Positions 9,122 through 17,239 are shown, counted from the first letter of the stretch. The stretch: DNA of 64,000 nucleotides from a virus (IMGVR_UViG_3300020187_000015:1-64000); one strand, 5' to 3'. Translations and numbers: made by a program. The notes: a model not told the origin generated them from the sequence alone.

Positions 9122-9188
9122 TGGAGGTGGGTGGAGTTGAACCACCGTCTTTAAATTAAATAATTTAAATCGAAACCCTTTCACCCCC
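9122..9188 (-). ncRNA. mini-tmRNA: tRNA-like domain only, no mRNA-like/tag domain
   Basis: GGGGGUG-AAAGGGUUUCGA-[UUUAAAUU AUUU AAUUUAAA]-GAC-GGUGG UUCAACU CCACC-CACCUCC-A: 7-bp acceptor with G3.U70, A73, stemless D-loop, GAC linker, T-arm. Confidence 0.8.
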
Positions 9189-9263
9189 CTTTACTTTAAT
9201 TTATTACTATTAATAGAAGCAAGATAATTATAAATATCATATTTGATTGTATTTGCGCTAGTC

Positions 9264-9950
9264 TTACCCTATTACGAAGCCTGTTGCATCTTTTTTAGCC
9301 ATACCCTTTTGCGCTAATCCAACGACGACGTTTGAATCATCTAAGAATCGTAAATCGCTCTTATCACCGTCAATTACTTTTTTACCTTGCCAAGTCTTAG
9401 GCAATTCATTACGGAAAACGCAAGCAACGTTTCCGCCAAGCTCTAAAATAAGTTTTACCAAGTTTTCGTTTGACTCGCTGCGCGAAAAAGTCAAGTGATA
9501 GTTGCTAGGCATTTCACCTTTAGCGAATGCCATTGCACGTTTAAAATGCTTTGTATAATCGTAAAAAGTGATTTGCGGGAAAGCCTCAAAAACTGTCTTG
9601 CCTTCATGCTTAATCTTTTCCCAAGGCAAATCGGAAAGAACGTTCAAACGTATGGCAAGTTTCAAACCTTTTCGACTCGCGCTTTTTTCGGCTTTAGTAA
9701 CTTCCTCAAAAAGTTGCGTCATAAAGCCCCTCTTATCAGTGAAAAACTTTTTTGTGCGTGCAATACGTGCATCTTTAACATTAGGCATCGCGCCGCGCCC
9801 TGCTGTAAATAAGCAAGCTTCACTGCAACCTTGGCTTGCACTTGTGCAAACATTGCCAAAGCCGCCAAGGGTAAAAGGCGCAAGCTGAATTCCTAGCGTG
9901 TGCCAAGTGGTATCTTTTTCGAGTTTTGTGTTTGTGGTTAGTAGTTTCAT
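9264..9950 (-). CDS. phage Gp88-like Cys-rich protein (radical-SAM-related fold suspected)
   Basis: NVCxxASxGCxxAC, RLNVLSD, FYDYTK, NYHLTFS, DGDxSDLRFLD motifs. Confidence 0.65.
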   Translation of the reverse strand: MKLLTTNTKLEKDTTWHTLGIQLAPFTLGGFGNVCTSASQGCSEACLFTAGRGAMPNVKDARIARTKKFFTDKRGFMTQLFEEVTKAEKSASRKGLKLAIRLNVLSDLPWEKIKHEGKTVFEAFPQITFYDYTKHFKRAMAFAKGEMPSNYHLTFSRSESNENLVKLILELGGNVACVFRNELPKTWQGKKVIDGDKSDLRFLDDSNVVVGLAQKGMAKKDATGFVIG

Positions 9951-9988
9951 AATCGTTATACTGTATGTTTTTTATGGTTTGTCAAGTG

Positions 9989-10222
9989 TTAAGGAAAAAT
10001 AATTTCGCTTGCACCGTGATTAATTGCGGAAGTAATGTTTAAGCATGTTTGCGTGCTTGCGTCAATGTCAAATTGAACCCCAAGCTTAAGAAGGTTTTTT
10101 AAATCAGATAGATTAACAGTCTTCTTTCCTAGCAAGCTCTTTAAATTATCTGCTTTATCACCCGTGATATACAAGTGGTCGTTTCCGTATGATTGTTTAT
10201 GTGTTATAGTTATGTTTGTCAT
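9989..10222 (-). CDS. hypothetical, leaderless
   Basis: TTGACA-N16-CATTGT-N8-ATG. Confidence 0.7.
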   Translation of the reverse strand: MTNITITHKQSYGNDHLYITGDKADNLKSLLGKKTVNLSDLKNLLKLGVQFDIDASTQTCLNITSAINHGASEIIFP

Positions 10223-10397
10223 GATCTATAACAATGCATAGTAAAAAGCATATGTCAACACTTTTTTAAAAAACTTTAAAAAAATAATTACCTTGCAAAT
10301 AGATCAGAAAAGAAAAAACAAATACAATAATATATCTTGACTAGTTGCTTTATTTAATATTATTTAGAGTTATTTGGGGAATTGGGGAAAATGTTAA

Positions 10398-10443
10398 GCC
10401 GCCTAGTCCTAACCACAAGACTAGACGGCAACACACAACACAC
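10398..10443 (-). ncRNA. 3' hairpin element with loop UUGUGGUUAG (copy 1)
   Basis: 11-bp stem GCCGUCUAGUC/GACUAGGCGGC; loop identical to 11207-11249. Confidence 0.6.
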
Positions 10444-10460
10444 CTTGACAGAAAAAAGTT

Positions 10461-10610
10461 TTAATCTTTAGTGAAGATCATAGTGAATCGATCAGAGCCT
10501 CGAACACGTATATTGTTTACGTGTTTAAACCCTTGGGCGAGTAGATCGTCTTTCTTTCTCCAAACATCTGGCGTTGGAATAGAACTTACTTTAATTTCTT
10601 TTGTGATCAT
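10461..10610 (-). CDS. small hypothetical (49 aa, MITKEIKV...)
   Basis: Manually read ORF. Confidence 0.55.
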   Translation of the reverse strand: MITKEIKVSSIPTPDVWRKKDDLLAQGFKHVNNIRVRGSDRFTMIFTKD

Positions 10611-10640
10611 AGTGTTATGATGCAAAGGTTGATGCCGATG

Positions 10641-10988
10641 TCAAGAACTAATTTCGATTCCCGACGTTTTTATTCTGGCTGATGGGGTTTGGAAGATTGC
10701 GATACTTGGATCGTCCTTTAAAAAGAAATGAGATGATTTATATGGGTTGTAGCTAACGCCCTTGGCGGTTGACTCGTCAAATGAATCTGTTTCGTATCCC
10801 TCTACAAAAGCGTGGACATTCTTTCTCTTCTGCAACAGCACTCTTTGTCGCCCTGCTTCAGATACTTTAAAAGACGCTTCGATCAAGCAAATGGATTGAA
10901 CGTGTCTGGTTACTCTCCAGCCCTTGTCTGTCATGGTTTGGACGGAGAGGCATTTTTTGGTTAGGTTGCGATATACTCTTACTTTCAT
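10641..10988 (-). CDS. conserved phage hypothetical protein, leaderless
   Basis: VYRNL..., GRQRVL..KRKNVHAFVEG, YNPYK motifs; TTGACA-N16-CATACT-N7-ATG. Confidence 0.8.
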   Translation of the reverse strand: MKVRVYRNLTKKCLSVQTMTDKGWRVTRHVQSICLIEASFKVSEAGRQRVLLQKRKNVHAFVEGYETDSFDESTAKGVSYNPYKSSHFFLKDDPSIAIFQTPSARIKTSGIEISS

Positions 10989-11206
10989 GCTTCTCAGTAT
11001 GTCTCAGTAAGATGGTATGTCAATACCTTTTTTAAAAAAAGAATTAAAAAAATTATCTACAATATATAGTATAGTAAAACATAATTGCCACTACAACTAC
11101 AGTCCACATACATAATTCTTCTTGACCTATCATATTATTTGGGTTTATTTTGCACTAAATTGTTTTATTTGTGAATATTTCGGGTTAAATTGGATTATTT
11201 GGTAAT

Positions 11207-11249
11207 GTCGCCCCACCCTAACCACAAGATGGGACGACTACCACACAAC
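11207..11249 (-). ncRNA. 3' hairpin element with loop UUGUGGUUAG (copy 2)
   Basis: 11-bp stem GUCGUCCCAUC/GGUGGGGCGAC, covarying with copy 1. Confidence 0.6.
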
Positions 11250-11308
11250 GTTACAATATAACGAGTAACAACAGAAAGATAAAAATGTATAACAAGGTGT
11301 CTACAGTG

Positions 11309-11521
11309 TTAAATGAATCGACTTAGGACGGCAAAATCATCTTCGGATAATTCCACTATGCTTTTTAGTTTGGTATGCCTCTCATCATTGTCATCGTTGC
11401 AATCCTCCTCTATAAGTTTTCTCGCTTCAGATTCGTTGGTTGCTGAATATACATAATTGGTATGGGTTTCATATTCGCCAATAGTAATTATCAGCTCGAC
11501 GAAGTAGTTTTTTTTAGTCAT
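11309..11521 (-). CDS. acidic hypothetical (start MTKKNY)
   Basis: ORF with A/C-rich leader. Confidence 0.7.
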   Translation of the reverse strand: MTKKNYFVELIITIGEYETHTNYVYSATNESEARKLIEEDCNDDNDERHTKLKSIVELSEDDFAVLSRFI

Positions 11522-11543
11522 ACTATTTATTTGGTTGTAGGGT

Positions 11544-11690
11544 CTATTCCGATTCGTAGCCGTCAAACCAGCCGTCACCGTGCGTGTCATCGCGGCGGCA
11601 ATGGGCTTGCGCATCCTCAAGTGTCAAGCCTTTTTTAATCGTGCGGGGTGATCCGTTGAAATGGAAGCGGATTATCTTGTATGTATTCAT
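11544..11690 (-). CDS. small conserved phage hypothetical
   Basis: YKIIRF...[11 protein letters not shown]...WFDGY motif. Confidence 0.7.
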   Translation of the reverse strand: MNTYKIIRFHFNGSPRTIKKGLTLEDAQAHCRRDDTHGDGWFDGYESE

Positions 11691-11713
11691 AGTATTTTTG
11701 GTTAGTTTGTGGT

Positions 11714-11911
11714 TTATGCGATTGATTCGCAATAGGCGAACTCCTTTGCCGCCTTGTGCGCTTGTTTAATGCTATCCGTAAATAGCACAGTTACATTTTT
11801 CCCCGCATCCGTGTCATTCATTATTACACGATAATCGTGGCGATCATTGCCAGTTGCAACTATGGCTTCCAGTCCGTCGTTGTTGTTTGTATATGTGAAG
11901 TAGTTAGTCAT
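11714..11911 (-). CDS. hypothetical (start MTNYF)
   Basis: AACCAACAACCACCAACAC leader. Confidence 0.65.
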   Translation of the reverse strand: MTNYFTYTNNNDGLEAIVATGNDRHDYRVIMNDTDAGKNVTVLFTDSIKQAHKAAKEFAYCESIA

Positions 11912-12056
11912 TTTTGTGTTGGTGGTTGTTGGTTTTCCAGCTTGGTGATTAAGTCCTGTAGTTTGATTAAATCCTGCTCCGTAACTTCGCATGGTTCGTC
12001 AAGAAGGCAAGCTATTTCGATGGACAGATCCTTTATGATTTCAGTTGTCATAGTAT

Positions 12057-12245
12057 TCATTTGATGTGTTTAAGTATTATAGGTTCTATGATGTCAGACA
12101 CTTCGCAAAATAGATCTTGGGCTTCTTCTGTGAGACCTTCTGATCCATCCTCCCTGTCTTCCCACACAATGTGTGCGCCCATCCTGTGTTCAACAATAGC
12201 TTCAGCAATATCAGCCACAACGTGTATAAGGTTTTCTGGTTTCAT
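12057..12245 (-). CDS. acidic hypothetical
   Basis: TTGACA-N16-CATACT promoter 10 nt before ATG. Confidence 0.7.
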   Translation of the reverse strand: MKPENLIHVVADIAEAIVEHRMGAHIVWEDREDGSEGLTEEAQDLFCEVSDIIEPIILKHIK

Positions 12246-12310
12246 GATGTTGTACAGTATGTCTTAATATTCTAATATGTCAAGCAGAATTTAAATAAAC
12301 TTTAAAAAAA

Positions 12311-12409
12311 CTTAGGCAGGAATCATATTGGTATCGGGACACTATTCTAGAACTAGCTGATTCGTCTGTCTTTTAATTTGTGCCGACCGAGCGACGCACA
12401 AAACCTAAG
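12311..12409 (-). ncRNA. candidate structured RNA (~100 nt)
   Basis: CUUAGG/CCUAAG closing stem then U-run; internal UUUGUGC/GCACAAA and GAAUCA/UGAUUC stems. Confidence 0.35.
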
Positions 12410-12443
12410 CTAAATTTTTGTTTGATTACTTTTGCTGAAGAAA

Positions 12444-12785
12444 TTATAGTTCCTCCCATCCTTGTGATTTGCACATTAGTGTTGTCAGTTTTCCTTCGTG
12501 GTCGATAATCTTAACAACGTCACCAACACTTGTCGAGTAAAAAGTTTCCTTGTCTGAGCAGTTCTCCCACAAAGCCAAAAGAATTTTTTCGTGCGTTTTA
12601 GTTATAAGTTCAATCGGCGCGTTGGTTACGTGAAACAAAAGTTCAGCAAGCTTTGCTGGAATGTGCGGATAGTCGATATGCTCTTGATTAAGGCGAGCAG
12701 AAAAAACGCATTGGCGAGCGACTTCCCATTTCTGAACAAAAGGTTCATCTTTGGAGCGGTGTAGTGATAGGTTCATTATTTTCAT
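12444..12785 (-). CDS. hypothetical (S.SVGDV motif)
   Basis: Promoter TTGACA-N16-CATGAT. Confidence 0.7.
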   Translation of the reverse strand: MKIMNLSLHRSKDEPFVQKWEVARQCVFSARLNQEHIDYPHIPAKLAELLFHVTNAPIELITKTHEKILLALWENCSDKETFYSTSVGDVVKIIDHEGKLTTLMCKSQGWEEL

Positions 12786-13251
12786 TGTTTATAGTATGGT
12801 TATTTTAATAATGTGTGTTAGTTAGTTTTAAGTATCTTCAATCATGCATTGTCTGGAGTGATTGTCAAACTTTTTTTTGAATTCTTTTTCAGCCACAATG
12901 TTCTAACTACCAACGGATTATCTCCGCACGATGGCAACATTCGTTTAAATGTCTCCCAACTCGGCTTTGGAGAGCCTAAAGATTCCCATGATTTTATTCT
13001 TTCTTTTGTATCCATGAGCGTATGTCAAATGTTTTCTTTATGTTTTTGGGTTGGTTGGTTGGTTGGTGTTAAGTTAAATGATCTGGAACTCGGTGCAGTC
13101 GAGCCACCAAGGACTCATGATAAAAACATCACCATTCTCATCGACAAGTTCGCCGTCTTTGATGGTGACGTGAGACCCTTCCTCCCAATCTGGAAGGCGG
13201 ATCCTTTTTTCTTCACGCATAGCGGAGTGGGCTTCGTGTATATTCATTTTA

Positions 13252-13458
13252 TTATTGGTTGGCTATACGTAGAAATTCGGAGGCTAGATCTTCGATCAGA
13301 TCCCAGATGCCGTGTGGCTCCCACTCTTCAAATGGTTCCCACCTGTTGTCTCGGATGAAGTCCGTCACGTCTTGCTCGTCTAGCTCGTCAAAGTTCGATG
13401 GTAGCTCATCGGTTAGGTAGAATTTTGATGCGGTTATGTATGCTTCTGTTTTATTCAT
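13252..13458 (-). CDS. acidic hypothetical, distant paralogue of 15449-15727
   Basis: AS..L...P.N.......FI..N...P pattern shared. Confidence 0.7.
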   Translation of the reverse strand: MNKTEAYITASKFYLTDELPSNFDELDEQDVTDFIRDNRWEPFEEWEPHGIWDLIEDLASEFLRIANQ

Positions 13459-13473
13459 AATGTTTTGGTTTGG

Positions 13474-13938
13474 TTATCGTAGGATCATTACTCCATTTCC
13501 TTCACATTTGCATTCGTAGTTAGGTTCGTCAAGCTCTTGGCAATCCTCGCACTCTTTTATTTCAAAGTCTGTTTCGTTGCCATCTTCATATTCACCTGCA
13601 AACATATATCCCTCGTCTTGGTATTCGGCTTTGACTTTAAAGCCGCGCTTAACCAATTCATCGAAGATAGGAGTGATAGGACTCCAAGCAGTAGCAAAAG
13701 TTAAATTGAGGTTTATGTCGTCTTCATATTCCACAAACATATCAGTCACATCCCACTTACTGCCCCAATTCGTTATATTCCAACAATACCAATTATCTTC
13801 TTCGGCTGCAGGTCTTGGTATAATAGCGTTGCATAAGCTGTTGTTGTTTTCAATAGCTCTCGAAACCAGAGCGCTGAACTCTTTGATTTGTTCTTTAGAT
13901 CCTTCTACGTTTAATGTTGTGTGACACCAGTTTGGCAT
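13474..13938 (-). CDS. YubB/DUF1281-like ferredoxin-fold protein
   Basis: MPNWC start, WYxWNxxNWGSKW and F.TAWSP motifs. Confidence 0.75.
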   Translation of the reverse strand: MPNWCHTTLNVEGSKEQIKEFSALVSRAIENNNSLCNAIIPRPAAEEDNWYCWNITNWGSKWDVTDMFVEYEDDINLNLTFATAWSPITPIFDELVKRGFKVKAEYQDEGYMFAGEYEDGNETDFEIKECEDCQELDEPNYECKCEGNGVMILR

Positions 13939-14003
13939 AATATTTTCCTTTTTGTATTTTTGATTAGTTTTATTGTGGGTTAAGACTGAAACATAGATAA
14001 TTA

Positions 14004-14417
14004 TTATGCTATGTCAACAGTTTTCTTTGAAACTCTTACAATTAATGTAATTCTGTGACATCGCCCTTCGCTCCAGTCATGAATCTCTCCACCCCTTACG
14101 GCAAAGACATGACCTCTAACGAAAACGAGAAATACTCCCCTAGATGGGATAAGGGGTTTAAGGCTTCTAATGGTCTTAGCCTTATTCATCTTATGATCCC
14201 ATACATCAGTGCAAACAAAACCCTTTGATTTAATTGCTGGGAAAGTTATTCTATATGTATTGGTTCGTCCTCGGAAACGTCTCCCAAATTTCTTAGCAAG
14301 GTTCCATGCATCCTTATACTGAATGCCGCAAACGACCGCTATAGCTTTAACGGCGCAGTCATTGGTTTCGTTGATTTTTTCAGATTGTGTTTTTAGGTGT
14401 TGGTATAACTTGGTCAT
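14004..14417 (-). CDS. conserved phage protein with DCxVxAIA..H motif (papain-like suspected), leaderless
   Basis: NDCAVKAIA...GHVFAV; TTGACA-N16-CATACT-N7-ATG places start at 14417. Confidence 0.65.
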   Translation of the reverse strand: MTKLYQHLKTQSEKINETNDCAVKAIAVVCGIQYKDAWNLAKKFGRRFRGRTNTYRITFPAIKSKGFVCTDVWDHKMNKAKTIRSLKPLIPSRGVFLVFVRGHVFAVRGGEIHDWSEGRCHRITLIVRVSKKTVDIA

Positions 14418-14489
14418 GGTTACAAGTATGCATACCATGATTCCTTTGTCAATTCTTTTTTAAATTTTTTTAAATTTTTTTAAATCATG

Positions 14490-14709
14490 CTTTTTGTATT
14501 GACCCCTACGGAAAACTATACTTTTTGTATTAAACCCCTATGAAAAGTAGACCCTTATAGGGTAAACACCCTATTATTTGTCTTTATTTCGGTTTATTTG
14601 GCGTTATTTCAGACTATTTGGCGTTATTTCGGGTTATTTCAGACTATTTGGCGTTATTTCGCGCTATTTTCGCTTGACTTTTTGTATTTACCCCTATGAA
14701 AAGTAGACC
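14490..14709. repeat. ten TATTT units at exact 10-bp period (14575-14669) flanked by three ~30-bp direct repeats TTTTTGTATT..CCCCTATGAAAAGTAGACC
   Basis: Directly visible. Confidence 0.95.
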
Positions 14710-14710
14710 A

Positions 14711-15022
14711 TTAATCTACGCTAATATTCCTAACTACCTTAGTTACAGCGACTTGTCGATTTTTGTATTTATGGTAGCAAAATATCATTGCGGCTGATGC
14801 AATTCCGCTTAAAATAAAGTTGACTTGAAGCCATAAATCTAATCCTACCTTTAATAGGGTATAAGTCAGTGCGCATACATATCCTAGCAGACATATATAA
14901 TATACGCTAACACTCACGTTGTCAACGTCTTTTGTAATAATAGTCTTGACTATTTGCGGTATAAAACACAGCGCAAAGCAAGCTGCATAAATTAATCCTA
15001 GTGTGTTTGTTATCAGTTCCAT
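14711..15022 (-). CDS. PQ-loop / SemiSWEET-like 3-TM membrane protein
   Basis: FIPQIVKT...VS motif, three hydrophobic helices. Confidence 0.75.
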   Translation of the reverse strand: MELITNTLGLIYAACFALCFIPQIVKTIITKDVDNVSVSVYYICLLGYVCALTYTLLKVGLDLWLQVNFILSGIASAAMIFCYHKYKNRQVAVTKVVRNISVD

Positions 15023-15254
15023 AAATTTTAAAAAATTTTTTAAAAAAAATGCTGCTCGGCGTGAATATAAGCTGGCGAACCCCCAATCAATAATCCTTAA
15101 CTTATTAATCCCTTATTTGTTTACTAATCAGCCTCTTACGCAATTCTCTATTTATTATAACTCCTATACCTATTCTATTACTTCTCTCTTACTCTCTATT
15201 GTTATTGATTACTAAGGAAGAATCTATTTATATATATAATTACCATTATATGTA

Positions 15255-15443
15255 TCAATTATATATATTCCTTCTTTCCTTTGTTTTATTCACTATATGT
15301 GTTATTAGCATTGTCGAATCCATAGTCAAGCCTATTAAGGTTTGGGTTATCCTTATTACTCCTGCAACTACAAAAAATACTGGAGTTGCAAGGAAGCCTA
15401 TAATGTAAGCCAAGACAATTGCGGTATCATCATTAATGTTCAT
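15255..15443 (-). CDS. small membrane protein
   Basis: Hydrophobic ORF in operon. Confidence 0.55.
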   Translation of the reverse strand: MNINDDTAIVLAYIIGFLATPVFFVVAGVIRITQTLIGLTMDSTMLITHIVNKTKERRNIYN

Positions 15444-15448
15444 TATAT

Positions 15449-15727
15449 TTAGAAATTTACAACAACGTTTACATCAGACTTTTTGGAAGCACAAAACTCT
15501 CCATATTCTTCAAAATCATTAGCTAGATTATATAGGTTATCATACATAGTATCATTACTCAAACCCTTATAGGGAGTAAAGATATTCTTCTCTATGAAAT
15601 TAAGCTGCTCATCTTTTTCCATAGCATTCCAATTATCTGGGATTCTTTTATTTAAAAATTGACCAGATGCAAGCCATAAGGCGCGGAATATCATCTCATC
15701 TGTTTTAATGTATTTTGTTTTTTGCAT
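15449..15727 (-). CDS. hypothetical
   Basis: Operon ORF; resembles 13252-13458. Confidence 0.65.
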   Translation of the reverse strand: MQKTKYIKTDEMIFRALWLASGQFLNKRIPDNWNAMEKDEQLNFIEKNIFTPYKGLSNDTMYDNLYNLANDFEEYGEFCASKKSDVNVVVNF

Positions 15728-16142
15728 AATTATTTAGTATGTTAATGAATAAGTCGCGTTCATCTGTTACGGACATATCTTTATTATATTTGGGGTTTTG
15801 TCTTAGGTATCCAATCAGCCCCGATTTGTATAATAAGTCCCAATCGAGATCGCGTAAAGCATTTTCTTCTGAATGGATAAACAAATCTTCTTTAGGCTCA
15901 CTCATACTCTCGAAAACCAACCGCTTCTTTTCTGGGTTTTTAATGTCAATATAGTCTTCCATAAAGAAGCCATCAACAACATCAAGATCAGAGATATTTT
16001 TTATTGACTTTGATTGCTCTTTAGTTATTAGACCATCACTAATAACTTTCTTCACTAATTCAGATAGTTTAAATGACACTATCGAAGTTTGCGAGACCTC
16101 CCAAGATGCCCTGCTCTCCATATAATAGATCTTGTCTTTCAT
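15705..16142 (-). CDS. hypothetical
   Basis: Operon ORF. Confidence 0.65.
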   Translation of the reverse strand: MKDKIYYMESRASWEVSQTSIVSFKLSELVKKVISDGLITKEQSKSIKNISDLDVVDGFFMEDYIDIKNPEKKRLVFESMSEPKEDLFIHSEENALRDLDWDLLYKSGLIGYLRQNPKYNKDMSVTDERDLFINILNNYAKNKIH

Positions 16143-16150
16143 AATTTTAG

Positions 16151-16621
16151 TTATAGATGTTTAGAGACCTTTGTCCAGTAAATTTCTAAGTTTTTTTGTT
16201 TTCGGTCATCTCTTGGGTTATTTACACGTTTCCAAGCCGAACCTCCACCATTCCATATAAAAGAAAAGTGTTTTGCAGTTATAGTCTCACCGCCATTCTC
16301 TATATATTTGCCATAATGGTGAAAAATTCCCATTGCAATATCGTGAGAGATAATACGATCTTTCATTTGATCGTGAGTAAAGCTTGTGCCATAGATGCGA
16401 TTATAGTCAGCCAACATGATTGGGCGAATTTGTAAACAACCTAAAGCTTTTTCGCTTTCGTTATAAGCAATCTCGTTTCCGTTAGACTCGACCTTTTCCA
16501 ATGCAAGGATGAGATCGGTCATGGTCGCACCTTGCGCCCTATTCGAGATGAGGGCAATGAAAAGAAATAGGACGAGAACGATAACGACGTAGTGTATTTC
16601 AGTTAATTTATTCATATACAT
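16151..16621 (-). CDS. lysozyme-like (SLT/destabilase-type) enzyme with N-terminal TM/signal
   Basis: VESNGN...GCLQIRP...WNGG motifs. Confidence 0.75.
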   Translation of the reverse strand: MYMNKLTEIHYVVIVLVLFLFIALISNRAQGATMTDLILALEKVESNGNEIAYNESEKALGCLQIRPIMLADYNRIYGTSFTHDQMKDRIISHDIAMGIFHHYGKYIENGGETITAKHFSFIWNGGGSAWKRVNNPRDDRKQKNLEIYWTKVSKHL

Positions 16622-16908
16622 TATTTAGACAAAGATACTGGATTTGCAGGAGGCTCACCAACTAGAACCTTCATAGAATCATCCTTGACTTCTAGAGTAT
16701 AGATTACTTCGTCGTCTAGGTTAGCCTGTGGGCAGCGACAGCAGCAACAACATGATTGTGTCTCAACTAACATATCAGATGATGATGCTGATAGTGATGT
16801 TGAGATCATCATCCACACAATAGCCATTAGCCCTGCGAAAATTACAGCACCCGCTATCCAATAAATTATATCTAGGAAGATGTCTGATTTTGGTTTGTTC
16901 TTTTTCAT
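16621..16908 (-). CDS. membrane protein with CCCCCRC tract
   Basis: One TM helix followed by Cys run. Confidence 0.6.
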   Translation of the reverse strand: MKKNKPKSDIFLDIIYWIAGAVIFAGLMAIVWMMISTSLSASSSDMLVETQSCCCCCRCPQANLDDEVIYTLEVKDDSMKVLVGEPPANPVSLSK

Positions 16909-17027
16909 ATTTGAGTTAATTTAAAGATAGCTGACGCGATAGACCCTATGAGACCAAAGATTATGACCCCAAAAATAAAATACAGCATCATTAATAATGC
17001 TTCTTGTGCTTTTCCTTTCTGTTCCAT
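16905..17027 (-). CDS. small membrane protein (40 aa, MEQKGKAQEALLMMLYFIFG...)
   Basis: Manually read; TGA overlaps next ATG (ATGA). Confidence 0.55.
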   Translation of the reverse strand: MEQKGKAQEALLMMLYFIFGVIIFGLIGSIASAIFKLTQI

Positions 17028-17239
17028 TTAATGAGTTGTTAGTAGATACCCAAGGCTTATTTGATTTCTTGCTGTGTCTGTTGCCTTCCGCAATTGTTTC
17101 CATTTTGGAAAGCATTGAATTGATATGTTTATAGAATTAGAAAATGTAAACATAATGTATTAGTTTATGTGGGTTGTTCCATTTTGGAACAGTTGATATG
17201 CGCCATACTAGTTATAAACAATAAGGAGTCAAGCAAATA

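Noticed and set aside
9122-9188. Ordinary tRNA-Ala, or an attP fragment of host ssrA
   Set aside because: No D-stem and no 7-nt anticodon loop. attP remnants carry only one end of the gene, whereas both ends are joined here by a perfect hairpin, and no integrase is nearby
12370-12402. Group II intron start (GTGCG) or pistol ribozyme
   Set aside because: No domain V, no intron-encoded ORF, and the pistol core does not match
14490-14709. CRISPR or mini-CRISPR array
   Set aside because: Constant part is only 5-7 nt with 3-5-nt spacers; the 30-bp repeats are irregularly spaced; no cas genes
15045-15135. Riboswitch upstream of the PQ-loop gene
   Set aside because: GGGGTTCGCC resembles fluoride/preQ1 fragments but the required pairing partners are missing
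16921-17115. 64-aa ORF from the track
   Set aside because: A different-frame 40-aa TM ORF (16905-17027) is translationally coupled to the next gene and more plausible
17175-17191. Verrucomicrobial LexA box
   Set aside because: TGTTC-N7-GAACA has the wrong spacing for TGTTC-N4-GAACA
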